Below are positions 47,678-57,020 of a stretch of 64,000 bases of DNA, piece by piece. Under the pieces are notes generated by a model. The model had not been told where the DNA came from and ran no database searches. It was given only the letters and a program-made list of their open reading frames with translations. Position 1 is the first letter of the stretch. Each line of letters starts with the position of its first letter. The stretch comes from a virus, in the IMG/VR virus record IMGVR_UViG_3300032213_002091, positions 25,041-89,040 of that record, one strand, 5' to 3'. The position numbers and the translations under genes are program-made.

Positions 47678-49084
47678 ATGGCAGGAAACTTAATCATCCC
47701 TCGCGTAGAAGTGTACTGGGGAAAAGTGAATCTAACCTCTTACGCCGGTGACGAAAACTACCCGAAAGGCGACCCCCTGGTTTACAAGGTCGAGTGCACA
47801 TTGCCGCAGCAATCAGACAACCCGAGCGGTTCGATGATGTGGGTGCCTACAGCGGGAGCATACAAGATCTATGAGAAACTACTTCGAGAGAACGCTGACG
47901 AACAGATCGTAACAACCTTCGGTTACGCGGGAAAGAAGAAAGTCTCTTTCATCTGGATGTGGGGTGGCAACGGGTACAGTTACGGTAACACGATGGCGCT
48001 GAAAGTTTTCCTCCTTTCCGAGCTCAGCGGTTTGATCAACGCAAATACCCGAAGCGTTGCAAACAACGAGGACAACTCAATGACGATGCTGGGTGCGGTT
48101 CAAACAACGGAAAGACTCTTCGCCGTAGACAAATTGAAGATCGTCCGTTACACAGACACGGCTCGAAAAGATCTACAGGACAACAGAATCAAGAACCAGT
48201 ATGGCCGAGACCAAACATTTGTGTCTTCGATCAACAACATCGTCAAAGAAAACGGAAACTACGTCTTTTCGACTAACATTGTCTCGGAAGCTGCTACAAC
48301 CAGCGGAAACACTTCCGTCACAGGTAAGACCGAAACGGCTTCAAAATTGGTGATATTCACCCCTTACCAGCATGAGGAAGGAAAAGCTCCCGTTCTCGAT
48401 GGTCAAAGTAGAGGTTATAACGAGTTCCCCGACCCTACAAAACGTTATGGTTATTTGCTCGGTCCCAGTCTGATTAACACAATGGAGCGTTCATTCCAGT
48501 GGGCACCTCCTCAGCAGACTCAAATGCCAACTCCTGCGAAAACGAGCACTCCTAAAGGGAACAAGGGGAAAGCCGGTACGAAACCCCCTGTGAATAAACA
48601 GCAGGAAAAGGCTTCTGGTGTTGGTGCGGTTAGCGGAACCGCTCTGGCAGCAACAAACCCTGGAATCAGCGTGGCCCTTGACAAAGTTGGGCCAGGTAAG
48701 CAAATTCTTCAGCAGCTGGAAGCAGCAGCGAAACTAAGTTTCAGCACCTTTCTTGTTCCCGCGCTCGTTGGTATCAAGCCCTACGACATTATCTATATCC
48801 CTGCCTTGGACGCAGAAGGTCCAGAGGATATTGAAGACTGGATTGTAAACACGGTTGATTATAATCAAACCGACGGAGGTGTAGACGTCAGCGTTACAGC
48901 GAGTCGAACATACGGATTCGGAGGGAACTTGATGAACCCTGTAAGTGGGTTCGTTTTCCTTGAGAAAGCTAAAACTCTTACAACACTAGAGAAGTGGGAA
49001 GAGTACGCCTGGTGTATTACACCGAGCACTCCGACAACTTTGGCAGGACCGGTCCCCATTCCTGTTATTCCGGCTTCGCGATAG
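47678..49084 (+). CDS. Probable baseplate hub protein
   Basis: Follows the tape measure gene; C-terminal IKPYDIIYI...WIVNTVDY. Confidence 0.5.
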   Translation: MAGNLIIPRVEVYWGKVNLTSYAGDENYPKGDPLVYKVECTLPQQSDNPSGSMMWVPTAGAYKIYEKLLRENADEQIVTTFGYAGKKKVSFIWMWGGNGYSYGNTMALKVFLLSELSGLINANTRSVANNEDNSMTMLGAVQTTERLFAVDKLKIVRYTDTARKDLQDNRIKNQYGRDQTFVSSINNIVKENGNYVFSTNIVSEAATTSGNTSVTGKTETASKLVIFTPYQHEEGKAPVLDGQSRGYNEFPDPTKRYGYLLGPSLINTMERSFQWAPPQQTQMPTPAKTSTPKGNKGKAGTKPPVNKQQEKASGVGAVSGTALAATNPGISVALDKVGPGKQILQQLEAAAKLSFSTFLVPALVGIKPYDIIYIPALDAEGPEDIEDWIVNTVDYNQTDGGVDVSVTASRTYGFGGNLMNPVSGFVFLEKAKTLTTLEKWEEYAWCITPSTPTTLAGPVPIPVIPASR

Positions 49085-49086
49085 AG

Positions 49087-49113
49087 TTTACCGTCTAAGG
49101 TCGCCGCTATAGT
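49087..49113 (+). promoter_or_regulatory. Class-2 promoter TTTACC-N15-TATAGT
   Basis: Intergenic, before ATG 49170. Confidence 0.6.
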
Positions 49114-49169
49114 GAGGTTGAATGCGCTGGCAACAAGGCCAGACTGCCGCATTCTTACCGAGACACAAA

Positions 49170-50138
49170 ATGGCTACTCAAACTTTCAAAATCAGCCCCA
49201 ATCTCGACGAGCGTAATCGCGCTCGACTCGAAAGCAAAACCTACACTCGGGCATACACCGACATTCCGAACTCCGCTCTTCCAGAGAGCCTGCGAGTTGC
49301 TCTCAATGCGGTCTTCAAGGCTCTGACCGGTGAAGATCTGGACGAGTCCGGAAGCACTTTCACCGTCCGTGCGGACGCGAATGGTGTTTTCAAGCGCCTC
49401 TACTCCCCGACCGTTTTCTCTACTGAGGAAAAAGGTCTTGTGATTCGCTGGGGCGACCAGGATATCTCCCTGGACGTTCAACCCGGTAAAATCACTACCC
49501 CTTCCGCCCCGAAAGGCACCAAATTTGCCTTCAAGGAAGAACAGATTGGCAAGTTCACCGAGCCTGTCCTCAGCGTTTCTACAACGTTTGACGGCACTCT
49601 GTACACTCTGCCGATTCCGGTTCGTTCCGCTGACTACGAAGACAAAATCAGCGCGGATCTTCTTGACCTGCTCCTGGATGAAAACCCGGAAGCAATCGCT
49701 GAGAAAGTTCAGCTTGCCTCTGATCTTTCCAAGCGTGGCGAAGGTTCCGGCGAGCGGATGGTTGGCCCCTTCGTGAAGGTGGCAAGCCTGCCGATCGGTG
49801 AATACAAGATCACCACTTACCGCAAAAAGGAAGGCGGCCAATACGGCACCGACTACTTCCTACAGGCCCAGGTAACTGAGCCCTTCACCGCTCCCGTTCG
49901 CACGGAAGTTGATGGAGAATGGATGGACGTCGAAACCGAAGTTGTTGACTGGTGCATTGTTCGCCCGAACAACGCTCTGAAGAAAACTCTCGCTGCCGAT
50001 CCGTTGATCGCTCCGGATTCCCCTGCCACTCTCCGTGTGATTGAACATGGTGAGTATAATGGGTTCCCGACTGCGAAGTGCATCCTGAAGGTTGCTGCGT
50101 TCGCCGAAGACCCTGATTCGTTCGATCTGGACTTCTGA
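49170..50138 (+). CDS. Hypothetical protein, candidate ssDNA-binding/replication protein
   Basis: Beta-rich with acidic-aromatic tail EDPDSFDLDF; precedes a helicase-like gene. Confidence 0.5.
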   Translation: MATQTFKISPNLDERNRARLESKTYTRAYTDIPNSALPESLRVALNAVFKALTGEDLDESGSTFTVRADANGVFKRLYSPTVFSTEEKGLVIRWGDQDISLDVQPGKITTPSAPKGTKFAFKEEQIGKFTEPVLSVSTTFDGTLYTLPIPVRSADYEDKISADLLDLLLDENPEAIAEKVQLASDLSKRGEGSGERMVGPFVKVASLPIGEYKITTYRKKEGGQYGTDYFLQAQVTEPFTAPVRTEVDGEWMDVETEVVDWCIVRPNNALKKTLAADPLIAPDSPATLRVIEHGEYNGFPTAKCILKVAAFAEDPDSFDLDF

Positions 50139-50153
50139 ACTCCTTGACATTTT

Positions 50154-50181
50154 GCCCTGGCCTTACCGGCTGGGGCTTTTT
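50154..50181 (+). terminator. Rho-independent terminator
   Basis: GCCCTGGCC-ttacc-GGCTGGGGC stem (two G-U pairs) followed by T5. Confidence 0.65.
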
Positions 50182-50189
50182 GCTATACT
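50162..50189 (+). promoter_or_regulatory. Class-2 promoter CTTACC-N16-TATACT
   Basis: Overlaps the terminator; before ATG 50219. Confidence 0.5.
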
Positions 50190-50218
50190 CGAACGGAAAC
50201 AACTACCCAAACTAAAAC

Positions 50219-52204
50219 ATGGCCGACCCTTTTTCTGGAGCTGCTGGCACCACGAAACAAGAAATTGACATTCTAGGGAAAGGAAAAGAAAGGAAGAAAG
50301 CACGCTCATTTGGCTCATCGGCAAAGAAAGAGGAGGAAGACAAGAAAGCTCCCGTGAAAGTATCGGAGCTGTACAACGCTGGGATCGCACTTCTTGAGGC
50401 TCGGGGTTTCCGAGTGGAACTCACCGAAACTGGCGACCACGTTAACCACCGCATTCTAAGACCGCAACCACCGGAGCAAATCAAGGGAATCAAGTATCCA
50501 AACTCCTTTGAACCACTGCAGGACATCTGCACCGATGCTCACTTCGAGCTGATCGAAGCTGCTTTTCACCCGGACACTTGTGAACCAGAAGTAAGAACGT
50601 TCTGGGAACCTTTGTTTCGCCCGAGAGCGGGTGACAGCGACCTATCTTCCTTCACTGAACGCCTGCTAAAGATGAAGCGGGTGAATCAAGCGAAGAACAT
50701 TCACCAAACACTTGACTATGGACACACCTTTGACCCAGTTGGCCGTTGGGGTGGCCAACCTGTTCTTAACCCTCGGATCTGGGTTCCTGACCGGGATTGG
50801 TTTGACCCTGCGCTTAACAAGGTCACTTTTTCTGATGTTTTCACAATCTTCCCCGAAGCCGAGCAAGAAATGCTCCGACTTATCCTCGGAAGAGTTGGTG
50901 TCGGCAGAGCCAATCACCTTCCTCCCGGGAGGACAGAGCCAGTGGACCACACCGCTCGTATGGCGGGTGTTATCGTCGGGAAAGACGCAGGTCTTGGTAA
51001 GTCAACCCTGTTCAATGGGCTCACCGCAGCTCTTCAGCGATGTGGTTTCGTCACCCACACCTTCAAATCAACCGAGGACCGATTCGGTCTCAAAGCAGCA
51101 GCTCTCAGCGACGTTGCCTACAAAGACGACACAAGTCTCACGTCGCTCAAAAAGTTCCTCGCAGCCGAAGAAACCAAAATCCTGATTACCAATGGCTTGT
51201 TCCAAGTTGAAGAGAAGTTTCAGGCCGCTGAGCAGATTTGGCCGAAGACTGTTATCCTGGTTAACTCAAACGACTGGAATAGCAAGTTCGCCTACGATCT
51301 TGATCCAGGCATTATCGACCGAATCAAAATCATTTCGACCTACCGCGAGTACGAAGTGGCAAAGAATCGAGAGACTCTGGAGGGAACCGTTTCGGAGGGC
51401 TCACCGGATCTCCGCCCACGGGCACATATCCCGTACCTTGCGGACAAACTCGGGGTCAGTCAAGAGGCGCTTTATCTTTGGTGCTTGCGGTTGGCAACTG
51501 ACCGATTCTGGGAAGTCATCAACGACACTCGTGACCCTTCAATTAACCGGCTCCAAGTCGAGGTCCGGTACTGGACGACTCGGCAGAGGATCCGCTTCAA
51601 AGCGGATGTTACACAAGCGCTCGTCAATGGGATGGCATTTGCGTGGATGCTCCGGACAGGAAACACGGAAATCCCTGAGCTCACGCCGGACATGCTACAA
51701 GAATGCCTCGACCACTTCTACTTCCTCGGAGTTGACCCGTCGGGCCTTCACATGATGACCAGGATGAAGAAACATTGGGAACTCGCAGGTAGGCCATCGA
51801 CGCACTACTATCAAGGTTTCCGTGAGATTCGTTGGGAGTCGATCAAGAAAGCCGTCACGTATTTCGAACAGTTCGGCCGGAACTCAGGGGGAAGTTCAAC
51901 CACCGCTGAAGTTATCAAGGACATGATGGAAAAACTGGTGATGCGAGACGGCTTCAAGATCGGTGGGTCTGCGAACTACGTGATCGAGAACTGGGAAAAC
52001 ATGCGTCACGCGAGCGAAGAACTGCAGATGGAGGGCAAGGAACTTATCGAGGAAATCGAGGAATTCGATCGAATTCGTCTAAGCAATCCGGAAGAGCGTT
52101 GTTACGACAAGTGGTTGGAAAACAAGCACTACTCACCCGATCGCGCTGAAAAGTTCCGCTCTGTCGCTCGTGAAAAGCTTTTCCGTCTGGAAACGATCTC
52201 CTGA
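50219..52204 (+). CDS. P-loop NTPase, probable SF3/D5-type replicative helicase
   Basis: VIVGKDAGLGKST Walker A, AYKDD Walker B, VEEKF, ILVNSN, IIDRI. Confidence 0.65.
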   Translation: MADPFSGAAGTTKQEIDILGKGKERKKARSFGSSAKKEEEDKKAPVKVSELYNAGIALLEARGFRVELTETGDHVNHRILRPQPPEQIKGIKYPNSFEPLQDICTDAHFELIEAAFHPDTCEPEVRTFWEPLFRPRAGDSDLSSFTERLLKMKRVNQAKNIHQTLDYGHTFDPVGRWGGQPVLNPRIWVPDRDWFDPALNKVTFSDVFTIFPEAEQEMLRLILGRVGVGRANHLPPGRTEPVDHTARMAGVIVGKDAGLGKSTLFNGLTAALQRCGFVTHTFKSTEDRFGLKAAALSDVAYKDDTSLTSLKKFLAAEETKILITNGLFQVEEKFQAAEQIWPKTVILVNSNDWNSKFAYDLDPGIIDRIKIISTYREYEVAKNRETLEGTVSEGSPDLRPRAHIPYLADKLGVSQEALYLWCLRLATDRFWEVINDTRDPSINRLQVEVRYWTTRQRIRFKADVTQALVNGMAFAWMLRTGNTEIPELTPDMLQECLDHFYFLGVDPSGLHMMTRMKKHWELAGRPSTHYYQGFREIRWESIKKAVTYFEQFGRNSGGSSTTAEVIKDMMEKLVMRDGFKIGGSANYVIENWENMRHASEELQMEGKELIEEIEEFDRIRLSNPEERCYDKWLENKHYSPDRAEKFRSVAREKLFRLETIS

Positions 52205-52214
52205 GGGTATAACT

Positions 52215-52598
52215 ATGAATGTAACTAACTCTCTCGAGACTACCACGGTGGACGCATTTTCCTATGAGTGTCAAAAACAAGCAAGGTTGAAAGCCCAGCT
52301 CGAATCAGAAGGCTTCACCTGCTGTGACGACCCTGCAAACCTTTACGACAAGATTGGCACTGTTCAAGAGATTGAGTGTCTCTGTGAGCAGTATACCCCT
52401 CGGCTGCTAGCCAAGCTGTATGCCAAAGGCACGGAAAGTCTCGAGCATTCATTCTTCCTCTGTCCTCTGTGGCAGATCATCAAATTCAGCTACGTGATTC
52501 CTCAGCCTGGGGAGTATTTCACCGCAAAATATGTGATTGGAATTCGTCGCGTCGGTGAAAACGTTTTCGTACCTTCCTTGCGTCTTCCTTTGACATGA
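52215..52598 (+). CDS. Hypothetical protein
   Basis: ATG 52215 after GAGGG. Confidence 0.65.
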   Translation: MNVTNSLETTTVDAFSYECQKQARLKAQLESEGFTCCDDPANLYDKIGTVQEIECLCEQYTPRLLAKLYAKGTESLEHSFFLCPLWQIIKFSYVIPQPGEYFTAKYVIGIRRVGENVFVPSLRLPLT

Positions 52599-53014
52599 GC
52601 AGCGAATTCTTCAGCAGCAACACCCCCGATACACCAACGCCTCTCAACAGTGCTGGAACGCCAACGCAAAAGTATCAGAACGCTGCTGGAGAGTTCGACC
52701 TGAAGAAATCCCTTGAGCGCAAAATCAAATCGAGAAAAGATCAGGACATTCCGGCTTTCTCTGAGGACGATGCAATTCAACGCTACTACGGGGATTTCTC
52801 GATCGAGTCGAAACGAAATGCGCGAGATCTTCTTCGTACGCACCCGGAGTTCGGGCAAGAAGGAAAGATGCGAATGAACCGTGTGGGCAATAATACCCGC
52901 GAAGTTCTACCTCATGACCCCACCAAGACCGTTGAAAACGGTGGGCACATTGTCTACCAGGATCAACCGCAAACCTCTCAAAAGAAGTACAACAATGGCT
53001 CAAAAGTACACTGA
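52595..53014 (+). CDS. Hypothetical protein
   Basis: 139-aa ORF, ATGA coupling. Confidence 0.65.
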   Translation: MSSEFFSSNTPDTPTPLNSAGTPTQKYQNAAGEFDLKKSLERKIKSRKDQDIPAFSEDDAIQRYYGDFSIESKRNARDLLRTHPEFGQEGKMRMNRVGNNTREVLPHDPTKTVENGGHIVYQDQPQTSQKKYNNGSKVH

Positions 53015-53507
53015 TCCGCAGACATTCCTGAAAAATCTGGTTGTCAAGAAAGGCAAAAGCGACCTTCTAGGTGTGTATCTAACCGGTGTCACCGTTGTAG
53101 CCGACGCTGTGAACGATTACGGTTACGAGTACAGCCAAGAGTGGGTTGCAAAGAACGTTGAAACTCTTCAAAGAAAAGAAGAAGCCAGCTGGAACAAGTT
53201 GCTGGTTGAAACTCGCAAGAACACAGACGATATCGTTCACACTCTTACGTTCAGCCGGTTGGACGAATCGATCACGATGTATTTCATTGTGGAAGGGCAT
53301 GAAATGTCAGCGATGGTTTTCATTCCAACGCTTTTGGTGAACGAGTTCGTATCGGAAATTGCCTTTTACAATCAACTCCTGACTGAAGTGGCAGCTTTCG
53401 CGGGTAAAACACCAACCAGCGTCAAATTTACGTTGGGCGCTGCTTTGATGGACTGGGACGACCTTGTTGAACAAGGGTGCGCTCGCGAGGTGGACGTCGG
53501 CTTCTAG
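52995..53507 (+). CDS. Hypothetical protein
   Basis: ATG 52995 (MAQKYTDP). Confidence 0.65.
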   Translation: MAQKYTDPQTFLKNLVVKKGKSDLLGVYLTGVTVVADAVNDYGYEYSQEWVAKNVETLQRKEEASWNKLLVETRKNTDDIVHTLTFSRLDESITMYFIVEGHEMSAMVFIPTLLVNEFVSEIAFYNQLLTEVAAFAGKTPTSVKFTLGAALMDWDDLVEQGCAREVDVGF

Positions 53508-53508
53508 G

Positions 53509-53535
53509 TTTACCGGGCTTCGGCCCGCCTATACT
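53509..53535 (+). promoter_or_regulatory. Class-2 promoter TTTACC-N15-TATACT containing a cUUCGg hairpin
   Basis: CGGGC-TTCG-GCCCG at 53514-53527; before mazG. Confidence 0.6.
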
Positions 53536-53556
53536 ACCCTTGACTACCTAAACTAA

Positions 53557-53886
53557 ATGGATCTGAACAGCTACCAAACCTCGGCTCTTAACACTGCGGT
53601 TTACCCTAACCAGGGTGCAAATTTCGTCTATCCTGCCCTGGGTCTCGTTGGCGAAGCTGGCGAAGTTGCGGACAAACTGAAGAAAGTTATTCGCGACAAC
53701 GACGGAATCTTGACCGATGAAGTTCGCGACAAAGTTGCCAAAGAAATCGGGGATGTAATGTGGTATGTCGCCGTGCTATCTTACGAGATGGATTACCCCC
53801 TGGAGGACATCGCCAAGATGAACCTGGACAAACTTGCTTCTCGTGCTGAGCGTGGAGTGATCTCTGGCTCTGGTGACAACCGATGA
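53557..53886 (+). CDS. mazG: MazG-like nucleotide pyrophosphohydrolase
   Basis: LGLVGEAGEVADKLKK...KEIGDVMWY...NLDKL..R...GSGDNR. Confidence 0.9.
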   Translation: MDLNSYQTSALNTAVYPNQGANFVYPALGLVGEAGEVADKLKKVIRDNDGILTDEVRDKVAKEIGDVMWYVAVLSYEMDYPLEDIAKMNLDKLASRAERGVISGSGDNR

Positions 53887-54143
53887 GAGCTTCCAAGTGC
53901 ACCTTCAAAGACATGATGATTGCCGCCATCGGCAATCTCCAGCTCGGCACTGCTACCTCCTTCATCCAGGTGGAGTTTGGCCTTGCAGAGCTTGAAACCT
54001 GCTGGAGCGGGTTTGTAGATTCTTCCGACCATTTTGGTCTGGACTTTACATCGAAAAAACACGTATTCAATGAGTTTGCATCCGCCCTCTCAGACTACAT
54101 CGAGTTCCTTGGTGAACCCACATCTATTAAAGTGGGATCGTAG
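53883..54143 (+). CDS. Hypothetical protein
   Basis: 86 aa, ATGA coupling. Confidence 0.55.
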   Translation: MRASKCTFKDMMIAAIGNLQLGTATSFIQVEFGLAELETCWSGFVDSSDHFGLDFTSKKHVFNEFASALSDYIEFLGEPTSIKVGS

Positions 54144-54714
54144 ATTCCTCCGAATCGCCGAAGAGGTGCGCCTCTGGAGCAAAGATCCAGGCACCAAAGT
54201 TGGTTGCGTTCTAGTTAACGATCGTCGCATGATCGCTTCGGGATACAATGGTTTTCCGAGCACTTTGTCAGACTCTCTGGAGCTGTACGAAGATCGCGAT
54301 TACAAATTGGCAGTGACAGTTCATGCCGAAGCGAACGCTATCATGAACGCTGCTAAAAACGGTGCTAAAACACAGTCCTGCACCGCCTACGTTACTTTTC
54401 CTCCCTGTAGCCAATGCGCTGCGTCGCTTATTCAAGCGGGAGTGAAAAGAGTTGTGTGCCCAGACCCAGCAAATGCCCCTGAAAGGTGGAGGGCAAGTTT
54501 CAAGCTGGCGAATGAAATGCTATATCAATCCGGCGTGAAACTCCTTTACTATACAGAGGCCGACTTACAATGTCTAACCGAAACTGCCCCGTCTGTGGAG
54601 CCCACTGGGTTCAAGGACAACTCTACTGGTCCACAGGAAAACCTGGAAAAGACGAAGATCTCAACGCTCTCGTATGCAGGCGATTACCTGCCGAAAAGGC
54701 TGAGCGATGCGTAA
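54070..54714 (+). CDS. dCMP deaminase
   Basis: WSKDPGTKVG, GYNG, HAEANA, PCSQC. Confidence 0.92.
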   Translation: MSLHPPSQTTSSSLVNPHLLKWDRRFLRIAEEVRLWSKDPGTKVGCVLVNDRRMIASGYNGFPSTLSDSLELYEDRDYKLAVTVHAEANAIMNAAKNGAKTQSCTAYVTFPPCSQCAASLIQAGVKRVVCPDPANAPERWRASFKLANEMLYQSGVKLLYYTEADLQCLTETAPSVEPTGFKDNSTGPQENLEKTKISTLSYAGDYLPKRLSDA

Positions 54715-54800
54715 ATCCCTCCCAAGGGAAGGACGGGGGTGTCGGCTGGGCGGAACGGCAAGCCATGACAGAAGCTGCTCTTACGAAATTTGATCTCTGA
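54570..54800 (+). CDS. Small Cys-rich protein
   Basis: CPVCGAHWVQGQLYWSTGK...LVC...CVNP; overlaps the deaminase 3' end. Confidence 0.6.
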   Translation: MSNRNCPVCGAHWVQGQLYWSTGKPGKDEDLNALVCRRLPAEKAERCVNPSQGKDGGVGWAERQAMTEAALTKFDL

Positions 54801-54828
54801 GGCGGATAACCGCCCCATGTCTGGGCGG

Positions 54829-54866
54829 TTTACCCCCTTTGCAAACTGGCCGAAAAGCGGTATACT
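54829..54866 (+). promoter_or_regulatory. Promoter of the first sigma gene (TTTACC, TTGCAA-N16-TATACT)
   Basis: Intergenic, following two small hairpins at 54801-54827. Confidence 0.55.
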
Positions 54867-54886
54867 AATTACAGTTGATGAGAACC

Positions 54887-55477
54887 ATGAGTAACGACCA
54901 AACCTTCTACGACGCTGTCAAGGGCGACGCCCGCGCTGTCACTCAAGTGATTAAACAATACACTCCGCTAGTTCATAAACTGGTGAACAAATACGCCTGG
55001 ATGGCCCCGAAGCACAGCCGAGAGGATCTTGTGCAAGAGGGTTTGCTGGGAATTGTTAAAGCAATCGAAACCTTTGATGCTGACAAAGGTTGCAAGCCGA
55101 TGACCTGGATTTACCCTCAAGTTCGTGGAGCTGTTCAAGGTCTAGCGCGAAAAGAAAACCGAAATCCAAAGTATCCCCTGTCGCTTGAACAGTCGGATTG
55201 GGCGAAGAATCTTGAGGATCCCAATCAGTTTGAAGTTCGCGACGAGATTGCTTCCGCCCGAATTCGTGACATTGTTCTGTCCGGTTGCGGTTCCCTCGAC
55301 AGCAAACGAGCGCAAATTGTTTGTGCCCGTTACGGCCTTCTCGGAGAGAAAGGACTTCGTCAGGGGGAGGTTGCCCAGAAGTTCGGAATGTCGAAGCAAG
55401 CGATCAACTCGCATATCTCACGTTTCACCCGAATTGTGCGCGAAAAGCACCCGGAACTGGAGGCTTTGATTCAGTGA
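54887..55477 (+). CDS. RNA polymerase sigma factor with regions 2 and 4
   Basis: REDLVQEGLLGIVKAIETFD..KG; C-terminal RYGL...LRQGEVAQKFGMSKQAI HTH. Confidence 0.9.
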   Translation: MSNDQTFYDAVKGDARAVTQVIKQYTPLVHKLVNKYAWMAPKHSREDLVQEGLLGIVKAIETFDADKGCKPMTWIYPQVRGAVQGLARKENRNPKYPLSLEQSDWAKNLEDPNQFEVRDEIASARIRDIVLSGCGSLDSKRAQIVCARYGLLGEKGLRQGEVAQKFGMSKQAINSHISRFTRIVREKHPELEALIQ

Positions 55478-55698
55478 CAAAGCTTCTGGTTGTCGTCCCG
55501 TTTTTACTAGCTCAGCACGGGTCGATTGATCCCTTTGTGTTTGGGCAGACGTACTGCTTTCTTCGACAACAAGGAGTTTCTGAACGAACTGCAATCAACC
55601 AAGCTGTGGATGAGGCTTGGCGCCCAAATCGAACCTCGGAAATGTTGAAAATTGACGTTCCTGTGGCTAAACAATTTATCGAAACAAATTGCCAATGA
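55474..55698 (+). CDS. Small hypothetical protein
   Basis: GTGA coupling; N-terminal hydrophobic stretch. Confidence 0.6.
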   Translation: MTKLLVVVPFLLAQHGSIDPFVFGQTYCFLRQQGVSERTAINQAVDEAWRPNRTSEMLKIDVPVAKQFIETNCQ

Positions 55699-55928
55699 CT
55701 GAACCTCTCTCCCCCTCCGCGCAGGCCGTGTTGGATGCCGCCGACTCCGCATTTGACCAAGCCGGAACAACTCGCCAAGGCATCGCCGCCGCCCTCCGCG
55801 CTGCTGCGGATCAAGTGGCCTCCAGTGATGCAATGGAGCCGCGTAACCACATACCCATGGCGCTTGAGTGCCAACGCATCCGCAAAGAACTACTAACCAT
55901 CGCCGCCGAGCTGGAGGGTTTTAACTAA
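55695..55928 (+). CDS. Cyanophage small protein (LSPSAQAVLDA...IAAELEG family)
   Basis: IAAALRAAADQV motif recalled from cyanophage accessory ORFs. Confidence 0.7.
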   Translation: MTEPLSPSAQAVLDAADSAFDQAGTTRQGIAAALRAAADQVASSDAMEPRNHIPMALECQRIRKELLTIAAELEGFN

Positions 55929-56353
55929 TGTCACCTTGTTCATCCTGTATTCATTATCGGGTAGCTATAGGTGGTCTGCACCCCATTGAAAGCTGGTGTG
56001 CTATCTCGGGAGAATGGTTAAGTGCCAGAGACGTATGGCACAATAACCCTGAAGCACACACCGGAGTTTGGGGAGTGAAAACAAATAACATTCCCGAGTG
56101 TAAGTTCACTATGTCTGCCCGTGAGGTTGGCGAATACGACGAATGGTATGCTTCAAAGATCACTATGTACTACCGGGAGAATCGTGGAGGGTACAAAGGT
56201 TTCCACAACGATTGGCGCAATAGCCACTGGCTAGATACTTTCATCGAAGAAAGGGAAGTAGCATTAAACAACCGAAAAAGATTTTGGCCTGGTAACGATC
56301 TTGCACACTTTGTACAACGACAACCCCCCACCATCGCCGCCGAGCTGGAGGGT
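55896..56353 (+). repeat. 24-bp exact direct repeat
   Basis: ACCATCGCCGCCGAGCTGGAGGGT at 55896-55919 and 56330-56353. Confidence 0.9.
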
Positions 56354-56365
56354 GGCAATGACTGA
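55928..56365 (+). CDS. Hypothetical protein (CxxC..H)
   Basis: 145 aa; lies between the direct repeats. Confidence 0.65.
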   Translation: MSPCSSCIHYRVAIGGLHPIESWCAISGEWLSARDVWHNNPEAHTGVWGVKTNNIPECKFTMSAREVGEYDEWYASKITMYYRENRGGYKGFHNDWRNSHWLDTFIEEREVALNNRKRFWPGNDLAHFVQRQPPTIAAELEGGND

Positions 56366-57020
56366 TTGGCAGGACAGAGACAATGGCGATGCAGTGCTTG
56401 ACGGCTGGTACGCAATCCTCGTCTCTTGGGGAACTCCGTGGGAAGAAGATACGCCAGATGTTCTTCTATTCAGGGATGGAGCATGGGTGCAACGGCAAAA
56501 AGACTGCAGTCTTCCAAACTTTTATTACTTTCAAGGACCATTTCAAAGCTCCATGGAAGCTCGCGATTGGGGTCACGCGCATGACGGGGTTGGCAAGTAT
56601 TTTGCAGAACGTGCCGAGGAGGCACTCCGCGCCCGCGCCGCCCTAGCCCAGCCGGTGGGGGAGGGGCCGACGGACAAGGAGCTTCTGGGGTGGATGCTGA
56701 AGGCTGCCGCTTCAGTTCCTGGCGGGCAATGCACCGGCATCCTGGACTGGGATAAAGAGGCCGTAGCCGCCGCCCGCGCCGTCCTCGCCCGCTATGGCCG
56801 CCCCGCCATCGAGCCGGTGCCGGTGAGCGAGCGCCCGCCGGGGCCGGAGGATTGCGATGGGGAGGGGAGGTGTTGGTTGCAACAACCTCATCCCGCAACA
56901 CCAGAAACTCCCGAATGGAGGTTGATGCCCGCCAGGTACGCCAGCACCCTTTACGGCACAACCCACTGGCTCCCCCACTGGGCGCTGCCGGTGCCTGGGG
57001 TGGAGGGTGCCGATGCTTAA
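56358..57020 (+). CDS. Mosaic hypothetical protein
   Basis: C-terminal PVPVSERPPGPEDCD.EGRCW...THWLPHWALPVP; GC-rich 3' half. Confidence 0.7.
   Translation: MTDWQDRDNGDAVLDGWYAILVSWGTPWEEDTPDVLLFRDGAWVQRQKDCSLPNFYYFQGPFQSSMEARDWGHAHDGVGKYFAERAEEALRARAALAQPVGEGPTDKELLGWMLKAAASVPGGQCTGILDWDKEAVAAARAVLARYGRPAIEPVPVSERPPGPEDCDGEGRCWLQQPHPATPETPEWRLMPARYASTLYGTTHWLPHWALPVPGVEGADA

Noticed and set aside
50144-50149. Perfect TTGACA -35 hexamer
   Set aside because: No -10 box at 16-18 nt; the nearest TATACT is 34 nt away
53402-53409. GGGTAAAA inside a CDS (also at 57300-57307)
   Set aside because: Both encode GKT within genes, are not at the usual distance from a start, and match the roughly 2 chance copies expected
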